DNA from: Octopus vulgaris
Lineage: Eukaryota
Assembly (NCBI GenBank): GCA_951406725.2
Contig: OX597831.1
Span: 8,680,001 to 8,744,000 of the forward strand
DNA length: 64,000 bases
Direction of reading: 5' to 3'
Made by a program: the position numbers and the translations under genes. Below the pieces are notes generated by a model, which saw nothing but the letters and a program-made list of their open reading frames with translations, made no database searches and was not told the origin of the DNA. Positions within the stretch are counted from its first letter, which is position 1; each line of letters begins with the position of its first letter. This document shows positions 12,659 through 26,547 of the stretch, one piece after another.

Positions 12659-13109
12659 TGAAATTAATTAGCAAATACGCTAATTAGCTTAATTGGCACC
12701 TGAGGCATTTTTTATTTACCAGGAACAATATTGATATCGTCTGTTATGACGGTGTAAGATCAATATAAATTTTATATAGTGTGACTGGGATATTGAACTG
12801 TTATATAAATGTTAATATATATATAGGTGTATGATTGTATAAGTCTATAATGTATATCATACAAACACATACATACGAACATGCATACATTCTTACACAC
12901 ACACACTCTCACACACACGTCTATGTATATAGACTTGTGTATGTATATGACTATATGATGAATAAGCAGAAACTAGAAACAAGAGTAACTAATTTTCCCA
13001 AAGGTATTATTAAGCTCAAGGGAAAGAGTTGTTGACGTTTCAGACATTGGAGCCCTTCATCACAAAAATGAAAACGAGGGAGGTGGAAGGAAGAAAGAAT
13101 ATATATCTA

Positions 13110-13186
<77 letters not shown>

Positions 13187-13450
13187 GTCTGTCTGTCTGT
13201 CTGTGTGTCTGTGTGTCTGTGTGTCTGTGTGTCTGTCTGTCTGTCTATATACAGTCAATTCGAGTATGTTAGATCCACATTAGGGATTATATAATTCCAA
13301 AACATTCACAATCATATGATGAGAAAGTTTCTGCGATATATTAGGGATTATTGCAGTAATACATATTATTAATATTATTTAAGAAAGAAAATGGAGAAAG
13401 ATGGATGTATGAATAATTTATTTGTATAACACAGGAAGGATTACATATAT

Positions 13451-13680
13451 GTTTCTTTATTACCCACAAGTGGCTAAACACAAAGGGGACAAACAAGGAC
13501 AGACAAACGGATTAAGTCGATTACATCGACCCCAGTGCGTAACTGGTACTTAATTTATCGACCCCGAAAGGATGAATAGCAAAGTCGACCTCGGCGGAAT
13601 TTGAACTCAGAACGTAGCGGAGACGAAATACGGCTACGCACTTCGCCCAGCGTGCTAACGTTTCTGCCAGCTCGACGCCT
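13451..13680 (-). mobile_element. SINE family 1 (tail A) with 10-bp target-site duplication
   Basis: Near-identical to 185-410. TTACATATAT is duplicated at 13441-13450 and 13681-13690. Confidence 0.9.
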
Positions 13681-13982
13681 TTACATATATATTAATTTGC
13701 GTACATCTGTCTGTCTATACGCATGTTTATAAACGTAATTAACCTTTAGAGAGAGAGCAATAATAACGAATCAAGGAGTTACTATATAATTTAATCTAAA
13801 ACTTGAAGAATCTATGCGACCAATAAATAAATAAATAAATAAATTAAATATAATGAAATAAAATATATAAAATAAAAGATTATATAGAGCAGTCAAGACA
13901 ACATAATTTCCTGAAAGTAATTGAACGATTATTGGTTGGAGATATGTAATAAACAACTAGAAGCACGCACGTTTATTTAGAA

Positions 13983-14390
<408 letters not shown>

Positions 14391-14579
14391 CGTGCTTGTA
14401 AGCATATTGTATATATTACGTTTAATTTTAAATAATTCCTTACCCATAAACATATATTGCGTTATATCTGTGATTTTCGAACGAAAGATGTTTCTAGAAT
14501 GGCTGATAAAATTTATAGGTAAAAGCTTGTCCATATGATGTAGATATTATTTGGAAACCGACCTTTTCAAACTTGCACC

Positions 14580-14900
14580 CATCTATTTTTGCCTCTCACA
14601 ATTCTTGGAAGGGTTTTTGGGTTAGAATCCTTAGGTCCTTATTCCAGAGGGTTCTATTAGAGGCAACCCTCATTATATTATCTGGACGGCTTATCCAACC
14701 ATCACGATCTTGGTTTTCCTCTTTGTCTCCTGCCAGTTGGCTCAGTTTGAACAATCTGGCTTGCAATCATTTCCTGCGGCATTGTAATCAGATATTCGTA
14801 GTACTGGAACTGTCCATCTTCCAATGCGGAGAAGCAGTGGTTGGACCTGCGGAGAAGCAGCGGTTGGACCTGCGGAGACTTCCTGAATTCCGAGGTACGT
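14580..14900 (-). mobile_element. RTE-like LINE 3' fragment (decayed)
   Basis: Minus translation QVQPLLLRIG...QYYEYLITMPQEMIASQIVQTEPTGRRQRGKPRS*WLD resembles the RTE C-terminal GxRxRGRPxxRW motif. Contains an internal 23-bp tandem duplication. Confidence 0.7.
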
Positions 14901-15046
14901 AATTTGTGTTAGTTTTTAGATACAATAAGAGAGCAGAGAATAGAAATAGAAACAATGGAGAGAGACATAATCATAGACGACATCAGTAGTAATGGTGGTT
15001 CTATAACTGGGTTGCCAAGGGAACTGCTGTCACGCGTCCATGCCTG

Positions 15047-15071
15047 ATACATGCATACATACATACATACA

Positions 15072-15105
<34 letters not shown>

Positions 15106-15215
15106 CATACATACATACATACATACATACATACATGTATACATACATACATGCATACATACATACATACATACATGTATACATACATACATACATACAT
15201 ACATACATGCATACA

Positions 15216-15249
<34 letters not shown>

Positions 15250-15643
15250 CATACATACATACATACATATATACATACATACATACATACATGCATACAT
15301 ACATACATACATACATACACACATACATATATACATACATACACATACATACATACACACACGTACATACATACATGCATACATACATACATGCATACAT
15401 ACATACATGCATACATACATGCATACATACATGCATACATACATACATGCATACATACATACATGCATACATACATGCATACACACACGTACATACATAC
15501 ATGCATACATACATACATGCATACATACATGTATACATACATACATGCATACATACATACATGCATACATACATGCATACATACATACACACACACACAT
15601 ACATACATACATACATACATACATACATACATACATACATACA

Positions 15644-15677
<34 letters not shown>

Positions 15678-15682
15678 CATAC
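15047..15682. repeat. (CATA)n tetranucleotide array with CATG variants
   Basis: Directly visible, ~635 bp. Confidence 0.95.
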
Positions 15683-16215
15683 AAAGAAGCGAAACTGTGT
15701 ACAGTTGTGGAAATTAGCTGACCAGCGGATGTTAACATAAAGCTGAAGATCAGCGAAAGAGAGAATACCAACGCTGAACTATTGAGAAATCTGCATACAA
15801 GTTCAGGTTTATACCTATAATTATTGGGGCCCTGGAATATGTAACACACTGCCTAAATACTGATCTTGAGAAATTAGGCTTCTCGAAACCAGAAAGGAGA
15901 AAGCTAATTCGAAGACTACAGATCCAGTCCATTAATGGAACTGTAAAAATCTGTAAAGCTTTCCAGAAGTTTATCATTTAAATATATATGATCATTTCTA
16001 GATATGCAACTATATGCATGTGAATACATACATAAAGCAAAACATACAAACCTACACACACACACACACACACACGCACACACACACACACACACATACA
16101 CACATATATACATATATACATACATACCCTGTTGTTGATGTTGAAATTCCAATGAAGGGACCTTGGATCTAGGTTAGAAACCGGCTCTTTCTCTATTGGG
16201 AAATAAAACTGAAGA
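15680..16215 (+). mobile_element. 3' fragment of RLE-type (R4-like) retrotransposon inserted in (CATA)n
   Basis: KEAKLCTVVEIS*PADVNIKLKISE...YKFRFIPIIIGALEYVTHCLNTDLEKLGFSKPERRKLIRRLQIQS.. is REase C-terminus-like. Same family as 3905-4334. Confidence 0.8.
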
Positions 16216-16357
16216 GCAACGTACATACATAAATTATAAGAGAGTTACATATAGAGAAACGTAGGTGGTAACTTATTCCCATGCTGCAAAAAGAAATGGA
16301 GCAAATTTATCTTCAGTATACACAATTAAGGGAGTCTTAAATTGAAATAGCCATCAA

Positions 16358-16675
16358 TGTATCATGCTTAATGTATATACACTGTTAATAGGCCAGTTAC
16401 TGTGATGTTTGTCCTGAGATAACATTTCGTGTGAATATTCCGTGTAAAATCACAATAAATATCGGAGGGAGATGAATATTCGTCCCAGCAGCAGCAATCA
16501 ACGAGATTCTCAAACGTATTTGCGCCTGCGTTTTCGCTGGTCACCTCTGGAACAAATTTTCGCCATTCTTTGATATCTATTGTATTTTTAACACAACATA
16601 TCCATAGGAAATGCTAATGTTATCTCAGGGCAAATAACGCAATAACTTTTCTATTATACATTAAGTATAATATAT
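16358..16675. mobile_element. Decayed MITE-like element with imperfect terminal inverted repeats
   Basis: GTTACTGTGATGTTTGTCCTGAGATAACATT (~16396) is the inverted counterpart of AATGTTATCTCAGGGCAAATAACGCAATAAC (~16616). Outer CTTAATGTATA/TATACATTAAG also pair. Confidence 0.55.
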
Positions 16676-17099
16676 AGTGATTATATAGATATATCTAAAT
16701 TATTTGTATATTGCAGAGAAATATAAATTTAAAAGTCTTGTCAACATTACGAAGTGTTATAAAAATATAATCAAGTGCTTATAAGGTAAATAAGTTACAG
16801 AAAAACACGGAAAAGGTTGTCTTCGATATGAAAAGAAATAGATGTATAGGAAATCTTTCCGCCGCTTGTTTCCGAATAATGAACCTGTGATTGGGTCGTT
16901 GCAAATCTGAAATATACTGAGATATCAAACGTATTATAGACAGAAATAAGAAAAAGTAACTAGTGACTAACCGTTGGATTTTGTGTTTGTTGACCTATTT
17001 CTAACTGAGTGTTGACATATCAGTGAAGGAGATCAAAATATCTTGAAATAGAAATAAAGATACCAAAGATCCGGAAACAGAAATAACTACGCCGAAGAA

Positions 17100-17520
17100 A
17101 TCAAAGATTAAACTTGTCACAGACGGTCTCGTTGATGTTTTCAATTTGGATTTATTTGCCGGAACCTATCAAGTATATATAAGAAGATATATTTGTCGCC
17201 TTTATATGATTTCAATGACTAAATACAACAAAAAATTGAAAGAGAACATTGCAACATATCTTCCCAAATTAATCCTTCAAATACCATTAAGTATTCCTTC
17301 GCTTCAGTCTCAATATTTTTAATGATACATAAGTTTGTTTTTGCATTCAAGATAGTATTTAAATAAATTTGCAATCTTCTGAAAAAGATTTCCATAGCAA
17401 TAATTTACTTATTTGTGAAGAGAATATTGTCATTTCTTAATTCAACAAAATGCAGAAGGTATTCATATCAAAGAAATCTACAGCCATTACTTAACATTGA
17501 AAACTTACTTTCAGACAAAT
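17100..17520 (+). pseudogene. Highly decayed Penelope-like RT/linker fragment
   Basis: Fragments NLDLFAGTYQVY, LKENIATYLPKLI and YSYQRNLQ loosely resemble Penelope RT-thumb/linker motifs. Many frameshifts. Confidence 0.35.
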
Positions 17521-17933
17521 CGCGAAGTTATATTTGTATTTTAAGTACAAGTTAACGACCGATTAATATCGAAAACAAATATCCACACAGAAAGGCTTTG
17601 ACAGTGGACTTATTTCTGGCTTTCCGCACTAGATTTATCATTACATACAATCTGCTGCTAGAATCAATATTTGCGGTTCTTCAGTTTAAAAGTGTTCTTA
17701 ATCTGGTTTTAAATTTGACTGGAGTTAATAACAATACTCGAATGATTCACTGATGGAAGATATGTGATTTGTATCCGAGGAAAGTAAACGGAAAACTGAA
17801 GCGACAGATGGAAACGGTGAAGAAAAATGGTGAGGTGGGCAGAGGAGGTGGAGCGCTGGACTAAACGGTGAGAACGTTTAGTATTTACATTATTTACATT
17901 TGACGGATATTTGTCCTCATCTTGTTTGTTGTT

Positions 17934-17979
17934 AACACAACGTTTCGGCTGATATACCCTCCAGACTTCATCAGGTGTT
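17934..17979 (-). ncRNA. Minimal type I hammerhead ribozyme motif in a PLE-like repeat
   Basis: AACAC-CTGATGA-A-GTCTG-gagggtatat-CAGCC-GAAAC-GTT-GTGTT. Stem I is 5 bp, stem II has one mismatch, and stem III is the loopless palindrome AACGTT. Confidence 0.65.
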
Positions 17980-18037
17980 TTGGGGAAATTTCGAACTTGG
18001 GTTCTCATTCCTAAGGTATTTTTCGATATTATTATTA

Positions 18038-18138
<101 letters not shown>

Positions 18139-18907
18139 TATTATTCAGGTCACTGCCTGTTTAGTAACCCGCGCTCTTAATCACTACACCATATGCTCGT
18201 GGGCAATTATGGAGTGAATTTTTAGAGCTTATTATTCAGTTCTAAGATTTGCGGTCAAATTCGAACGGAGTCGTTTTACTTATTTACTAGTACATGGTAT
18301 AAATACTAAACTAAGTTGAGGGCTAATCTACACCATTATACATCGATTCTAAAAAAAATTAATGTCGCCATATGAGTATAATAGATATTAATTAAAAACT
18401 TGTGTAGTCGAGCTATCAATAATGACGGAGCCATTGTTTAAAAATTGTAAATGATGGAAGTTGCTAATGAGAGTATGAAGATGTAAATAGAAATACCAAA
18501 ATAACAGCAAAATAAGAAAATTCTATTTTCCCCCAAATATTAGACAACAGTATGTGTGCGAGTATGTCTGTATGTATGTATGTATGTATGCGGGTGCGTA
18601 TGTGCCTGAATGTGTTTGTGCGTATTTGTGTTTATGAGTGTGTGTTGGTGTGTGTGTGTGTGTGTGTGTGGGGGTGTTTGAGTGAAAACAGATTTTGTCT
18701 GCTGCGTAAATATCGAAGATCCAAAAGAGAAGTGGAAAAAAATCCATATTCCATCGTTACATTGTAATCACTTGTGATGTAATTGTACATGTACACACAC
18801 AAACATCCGTACACACATACACACGCATAGACATACACCCATATGCTTGCGTTAGTGCGTATGTGTTTGTAGTTGCGCGTTTATGGTGTTTTCTCTCCTC
18901 CAACTGT

Positions 18908-19080
18908 GACTGGAATGGAATGTCCCGTGGAGCACCTACAGAAAATTTGCTTCTTAGGAACGAGAAAGGTTAGAAGGGTTTTGGGTACTTGAAAGGTTGT
19001 ACGGAAGTTGTGGATATCTCAGGTTACAGTTGGTAACTCTCTACTCACATAAATTCTACCAGACCTGAATCAAGTCGAAC
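18908..19080 (+). mobile_element. Dong-like 3' end followed by (AAT)n
   Basis: GMECPVEHLQKICFLGTRKVRRVLGT* fits the LQKxxLLGTxxIxRxVL C-terminal motif; a short UTR and AAT run follow. Confidence 0.65.
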
Positions 19081-19133
<53 letters not shown>

Positions 19134-19134
<1 letters not shown>

Positions 19135-19347
19135 CCTTTCTGCTATAGGCGCAAGGACTGAAATTTAGGGGAAGGCGGGCCAGTCGATTAGATCGACCCA
19201 TGTACGCAACTGGTACTTAATTTATCGACGCCGAAAGGATGAAAGGCAACGGTAACCTCGGCGGAATTTGAGTTCAGAACGTAGTGACGGACGAAATGCC
19301 GCTAAACATTTTGTCCGGCGTGCTAACTACTCTATCAGCTCGCCACC

Positions 19348-19349
<2 letters not shown>
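19134..19349 (-). mobile_element. SINE family 1 (tail B) inside (AAT)n
   Basis: Full head, core and tail, with AAT runs on both sides. Confidence 0.85.
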
Positions 19350-19403
<54 letters not shown>

Positions 19404-19404
19404 C

Positions 19405-20178
19405 ATTGGATTGAATAAAATTCAAGCAGTTAATACGTAGGCGATAGCATCACTTCGATATGGAGCGGGAATTATAAAGTGGAAAAAGAGAGAAATGAAA
19501 AATATGGATACGAAGACCAGAAAAATGTTGACAGTGCACGGAGCCTTCCACCATAAGAGTGATACCGATAGGTTGTACCTGTCCATAAGGAAGTAGGGGA
19601 GATGCTTGATCAGTTGCCAGAACTGTATCGAAGTAGAGGAAAACAGCCTAGGGCGGTATATAAAAAATGCCGCGGAGCCACTGTTGAAACACACGAAGAA
19701 GGTAATCAAAATTGAAAATTGTGTAACTAAAGAAAAATTTAAACAAGAAATGAACAAAAAAAGAAAAAAGGTATAGAAGGGAAAAAAATTGCACGGTCAG
19801 TTTGCAAGAGATGTGAACGCCAAGACTGATACAGAGATCGGTGGCTATGGATGAGGAGGAGTGACCTGAAGATAGCGACAGAAGCACTCAAATGCGCAGC
19901 TCAGGAACAAGCATTAAGGACTAATTATATGTAGTGCAGAATTGACAACACTACCGATAGCGACAAATGCAGAATGGGTGGTGAGAGGGGTGAAGCGTTA
20001 TGGCACATCGTTAGCGAATGCCCGAAATTGGCACAACGCGAATACAAAAGACGCCATGACAATGTGGCGAGAATGATTCATTGGGAACTCTGTGGAAATC
20101 ACGGCCTGCAAAGTGCAAAGACGTGGTATGAGAAAACTCTGGAAGGAGTTACCGAAAATGAGAATTGCAAAATATTTT
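19405..20178 (+). pseudogene. Decayed Dong/R4-like RT-thumb / zinc-knuckle fragment
   Basis: NKIQAVNT*AIASLRYGAGII..HKSDTDRLYL..LHGQF..AAQEQALRTN..DKCRM..HIVSECPKLAQREYKRRHDNVA is collinear with the 8084-9892 protein. It starts right after an AAT run. Confidence 0.85.
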
Positions 20179-20476
20179 CGCGACTGCGTTGAGGCAGTGT
20201 TGAGATTCACTTAAAAGTGATGTATCTGTATATTTATGTATATATGTATGCGCGTTTGCGTGTGTGTGTGTATGTGTGTGTGCATATATATATATCAGCA
20301 ATTAATCTGTTCTAAATGTTTGTATATCACTGTGTACAAAGTAATACTTGACTGATGACGTGTCCAGACCTGTGTGTGTGCGCGCGCATAGATATATGCA
20401 TGTATGTGTATATGTAGAAGCATCTGGGTGAGACAAAGTGCTTCTTTGTTGGTGTAAATTACATCTTACGTTCACC

Positions 20477-20513
<37 letters not shown>

Positions 20514-20937
20514 ACACACATACACACACACAAATACTCGTACATAAGTATACATACATCACACATACTTATATACTTGAATGCATATATACATACTGAC
20601 ATGTATGTATGTATGTATGCATATATGTATTTTTGTATGTATGTACGGCAAATAATCATTGAAACAAACCTTTAAGTATTAGCATTCGTTAGTTTACTTA
20701 GCAGACATGTTAAGGCCTAGAAGGAAACAGTTTACAAGAGTCATCAATTATTATTAGAAATGTCGACAAAATAAAACAGAATAGAAACTGTCTGAATGAA
20801 AAATATGTCACGCAAAACAATAATGGAAACGGATTGTGTTGTTAGTTGAAGCTAAGGAGAAAGAAGCGTTTCGTTAAAAGGTACAATCAAGATAACTTAG
20901 AGAAATCCATTATGAAAGCAAAAAAAAAATGGTCATT

Positions 20938-21315
20938 TTAATGACCGCTATTCAAATAAATAGCCAATTTGTAACAAAGACTTAAGAAAGAAGAATTGAG
21001 ACATGGGAACGAATAGTAAAATAGATTGTAAGTTCCTGGGCAAACAGAAGTTTTCAGTATTCGGTTTAGGCTATTCCACATCATGTACACAGCTAATGGG
21101 TCTGAAATAAGTGTTGCTCTTAACCCGCCGACCGGTTTAGAATCATCAGCTGTTTTTTGGGTGCATTTAGCCACCAGCCATCACAATGCAGTCGTAGTTT
21201 CAGACATACTAGACCTAAGATTATATTATCCAATTTTACATGCTTCCTTTAACATAGTAGAGAGTCAAATGACAGATAGACAGACAGACAGGCGGATTGA
21301 TAGATTCATAGATAG

Positions 21316-21378
<63 letters not shown>

Positions 21379-22253
21379 GAGAGAGAGTTTCTTCCTTTCT
21401 TGACCTAGTAGGTATACTCATGATTAAAGAATGAATTCCTAGTGTTCTCAGGTACTCTAATACCAAAGCCGCTAATTCCTTCTGGAAATTCAAATCAGAT
21501 TTGTGGTCGTTAGGGGTGATGGATATGAAGGGGAAGTATGTGATAGCGATGACGTTTCAGTGGAGCCTTTTATGTGCAGCGGTGCTTAAATCACGTATAG
21601 TTTTCATTTTGTCAAGGAATTGTTTGAAAGGTGTCGCGAAATTTTTGGAAAATTTTTGGAATGGTTTGGAACGGTACCAAAATCTTGTTTCAGCCAGGTT
21701 CTTCGAGTCAGTTTCATAATTCTGATAATCTAAATGGGATGCCTTCGGTGATTTGAAACTTAATTTACCTGGCGGCGTGCAAGTGGCTGCCATCTCAAAG
21801 AAGTAAGCCTTCAAGCTCAGCACTTCATTTCGTTTTCCGTCTTCTCATTAAAGTCTGTTACATATAGTTTCGTTGATAGGATAAGAATGTCGTTCATCGA
21901 ATAAAGAAGCGGTTGCATCTCCATCAAACATTTGTTCTACGTCAAATAGATATGGCTCGCAAGGTACGTCACTGAATAGCAGCAGCTGTACAAAGAGGTT
22001 TGCGAAAAACAACCGATACAACACGTAACACATGGCATGGGGATTAAATATGTGATTAGATTAAATATAATTTGACTGACATGTGCATTATTAAAAGTTT
22101 CCCGGACGGAAAAATCATGCCCGATCGTTTGGTATCTATGATTTCTAAACAGGGCTGATATTCCATGAATGATGAATAAGAACCTAGGTTACTTTGCGTT
22201 AAAAGGGTGAAGAAGTCAGCCATTGTTTCATTTGAAACACCACTGTTATTCAA
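20938..22253 (-). pseudogene. Unidentified decayed long reading frame
   Basis: Three track ORFs (21848-22033, 21557-21823, 21236-21493) share one frame and are separated by only 3 stops. Adjacent stop-poor frames lie at 22056-22253 and 20938-21174. No family recognised. Confidence 0.4.
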
Positions 22254-23277
22254 ATTTTCTATAAAGTTTATGGAATAGCATTAACCATTAATGGCATAAA
22301 ATTCGTAACGAAACTCAGGGATACTGCTTCACGCTCTTTTTACCATTTTCGCTGTTTCTCAGTCTCTCTACTTTACTATCTGTCTGTCTGTCTGTCTGCC
22401 TATCTCTCCCCCCCTCTCTCTCTCTTTCTCTATGTATCTAAAAATGTGTACGTATATATAATATTCACTCACACACATACACACACGTTTGTGTCTATGT
22501 CAGTGTGTGTTTGTGCGTACGTTTCACACGCACATATTCAAATATGTATTATAATATATGACATATTTGTGTGTGTATATATGTGCGTCTGTATATGCGC
22601 GCACGAGCGCGTGTGTTTGCATTTATATATATATATACACACACACACATATATATATACACACATACGCACTTTGATATAAATATATCTACACATACGT
22701 ACATATGTATGTAATTACAGATATGTGTGTGCGCGTGCGTATCCGTGCTTGTGTATATTTTGTATGTAGGCATACAAAGTCACTACCAAAATCTCATTAA
22801 GTACCAGCTTAATGTCTTAGGTTCATAAAATGTCAAATATTAGACAACATGTATTGAAACATTTTCACATAATACAACTGACAACTGAAATAGAATCTCC
22901 GCCTTGTAAATTCTATAGTGTTATCTCTGTTTCTCTGTTTGTCTTGTAAACAGTACCATTTATTTCAATAAGAATCGGTTAGAATGTCTTATTGCACCTT
23001 AAACAAGCCACATGAATCCCAATACTAATTTCTTTCCATAGATTCAACTTATAAACACTATAACATTGTAATGTATATATATGGTCGTTTCTGCGTTACA
23101 GGCGACAGCTGAACGGTGCAGACGACCTGGCTGATGTTGGTATCTTCTGTTATCTCACACAGAGATTATTTACATACATTTATACACATACGCACGCACT
23201 TACATACACACATGCACAATATACGCACTCTCACACTCCCACTCAAGCGCGTGCACATACACCCGCGTTTATATGCA

Positions 23278-23321
<44 letters not shown>

Positions 23322-23531
23322 GACTAAACTTTAAACATACTTATACACAGACATGTTATGTATGTCAATACAAATGTAAGAAGGTGTATACGCGATCGCG
23401 AGTAAGTATGTATGCATATATCTCTTTCTCTGTGTGTATATATATAAACTACATATATCCGTGTGTTTATTCATTGTAAATCGAAAAGACACGTAGACAC
23501 ATGTATACAAACCCTTCCATATATATATATG

Positions 23532-23600
<69 letters not shown>

Positions 23601-24514
23601 TTACATTTGTAAGATATATGTGTTTGATCTAATTCTATAAATGCTATTAAATTACTCTACGTTAGGAATGTTTGTAGATATACAACTCCTGGTGTCTAAA
23701 GTATACTTCAGTGTTACCCAAAACTTCACAAAGTGAAAGTTTATACGAATTATTTTGAAGTTGCTCTTGTATGCCTGTACATAAACACAAGAAATGAAAT
23801 ATAAAAACAATATTAATGTGAAACAACAGCATCACATTGTCGATTTCGAGTTAGAAATGCTGGTAATAAATATAAAGTGTATCTCTAAAACCAAACGAAC
23901 AGATCTTAAATAATTTTCAAACGCGAAATACGACATGAAGTAGACTCAAAGATAGAATATATATACATATAAAATATGCATTATATCTGCGTTACCTAAG
24001 TATTATCATTAACCATGGATGTTATATTTTTGTATTTTGCGTTGTGATGCTCGTAAAAAGACATAACGCTTTATTGCCGAAATCATTCGACAGAGAAAAA
24101 AGGAGATAAAAATATCCGGTTGAATAGAGCCAAAACAAACTTGCGCAACACAAAACACATCATGCAGCATTGTCTTCGATGTAAAATATCCTTCATACAT
24201 GATAATATCTGTCATGAAAGGACTGTCTTCAATGGTTTTCTTTACAAATAATGTGATGAATAAACCTTAAATACAAAAAAGAAAATAAATAGAAATAAAA
24301 ATAAAAAAACAAACTATCATATACTGTTGTCAGTATAGAGAGAGATACCATATTTTCTAGCAGAACAAGCATTTTATAATAAAGCACCGATATACAGCAC
24401 AAACTACACAATATACCTTGATAGGTGTAGGAAATAGAAAAATCTTTCGAAACTTATTTGTACATTTTATTGAGAATACTTCACGTAAAACACCGGTTTT
24501 ACTAATTACTGTCC

Positions 24515-24567
<53 letters not shown>

Positions 24568-24734
24568 CAATAATAATAATCAACATATTGTAAAAGATAC
24601 TGCAATGTTTCCCTGAGTACTGATACAATGATCAACATAATTCTTTTGTTACACAACTAATGAGTAAGACACGAAATACACGCTGTAGTTTGCATTAAAC
24701 ATACCCGTGATGTAATAAAAAACAATGCTTTTAG

Positions 24735-24790
<56 letters not shown>

Positions 24791-24984
24791 ACAATTAAAG
24801 ATGGCGGCAGATTGGCCGAATCTTTAGAACATCGTTCGAAAAAGGACTCGTTATATCTATTTACGGTTCCTTACTTTCTGATTTCAAATGACACCGTTTT
24901 TGAGCTATGCCTTTCGTCCCTCCAGATCGACACCCATCCTTCGTAAATTAGTGCTTTTGTTCCTATACAAAGAATTTATGACGG

Positions 24985-25205
24985 GGTATTGGCACAATCG
25001 TTAGAGTGTCTGACAAAAGTCTGTAGTATATTTCACCCAGTTGTTTACGTTCTGAGTTCAAATTTCGCTGGGGCCATCTCTGTCTTTTATCCTTCCGTTA
25101 TAGATGGAATAAAATACCAGTTAAAGTATGGGGAAGGGGGCAATGTAATCGTTTAACTCCTCCCATCAAATTTTCAACCTTGTGCCTCTGTCAGAAATCA
25201 TTATT
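24985..25205 (+). mobile_element. SINE family 1, decayed
   Basis: TTGGCACAATCGTTAG...TACGTTCTGAGTTCAAATTTCG...TTGTGCCT..AGAAATCATTATT. Confidence 0.65.
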
Positions 25206-25801
25206 ACACAATTAACAACAATGATAATGAATTGCACATAAGCGACATCACACACAACGGAGCCGATTTCCAGTCGCCTGATCTGTTAGAAATAACAGTC
25301 AAATACTCTTCAAATCACACTCGACTACTTTAAAATGTATAACATATTGAAAAATATAGTCCGAGATATAAAAGAAATCGTGATGGTCACGGCTAGGACA
25401 TATTTGATTTTAGATATGCCCGATGAAGGGTAATCTGGGGCTAAGTAACCCCAACAAAAGTTGTGGCTTCATCAACAGCGTCTATGGGGAAAATATGACA
25501 TTTGATACTCAACCAACCACAAAAGAACTTACAAAAATGAAATAATGTCGCATATAAAATATATTTGTTTGTCTAATCTTGTTCAGGTGTCCGGGTATAC
25601 CTAGTTTAGCTGTTTAGAGGTGTCTAGGTGGCTGGTGGTTGGAGTACACTATCTATCCTGAAACTTCTGATTCGTGGCAGACAAAGGGGGAATTGAGGGT
25701 CAGTTAGAGAGTCTAATGACTACAACGGGGAGGTGGGTGAAAGCTGTGGGGAGGAGGCGGAAGTTGAGGAATGAATTGAGAGTGGAGGAAGAGATGAATA
25801 T

Positions 25802-26344
25802 TCTTTTCTACTCGAGGCACAAGGCCCGAAATTTTTGGGGAGGGGGCCAGTCGATTAGATCGACTCCAGTACGCAACTGGTACCCCGAAAGAATCAAAGA
25901 CAAAGTCGACCTCGGCGGAATTTGAACTCAGAATGTAAAGACAGACAAAATACCTATTTCTTTACTGCCCACAAGGGGTTACACACAGAGGGGACAAACA
26001 AGAACAGACAAACGGATTAAGTCGATTATATCGACCCCAGTGCGTAACTGGTACTTATTTAATCGATCCCGAAAGGATGAAAGGCAAAGTTGACCTCGGC
26101 GGAGTTTGAATTCAGAACGTAGCGGCAGACAAAATACCTATTTCTTTACTACCCACAAATGGGGCTAAACAGAGAGGAGACAAACAAGGACAAACAGATT
26201 AAGTCGATTACATCGACCCCAGTGCGTAACTGGTACATAATTTAACGAGCCCGAAAGGATGAAAGGCAAAGTCGATCTCGACGGAATTTGAACTCACAAC
26301 TCACAACGAACTCACAACGTAACGCTTCTGCCAGCTCGCCGCCC
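25802..26344 (-). mobile_element. Head-to-tail trimer of SINE family 1
   Basis: Three cores. Junctions at ~25955 and ~26138 both read AAAATACC|TATTTCTTTACT. Confidence 0.85.
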
Positions 26345-26388
26345 CAGAGGAAGAGTTGAATATTACAAAGATCAATGGACCTTGGTAG

Positions 26389-26441
<53 letters not shown>

Positions 26442-26482
26442 CACACATATATATGTGTGTGTATATATATATATATATATAG

Positions 26483-26547
<65 letters not shown>

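Noticed and set aside
15743-15760. CTGAAGA-tcagc-GAAA hammerhead-like string
   Set aside because: It lies inside R4-like coding sequence (KLKISER) and has no stems II or III.
21125-21152. CTGATGA-ttc-TAAAC-CG-GTC on the minus strand
   Set aside because: It lacks GAAA and stem II, so it is likely a chance match within the decayed frame.
25802-26344. Regularly spaced repeats as a CRISPR array
   Set aside because: The units are ~150-200-bp SINE copies without unique spacers, and no cas genes are present.
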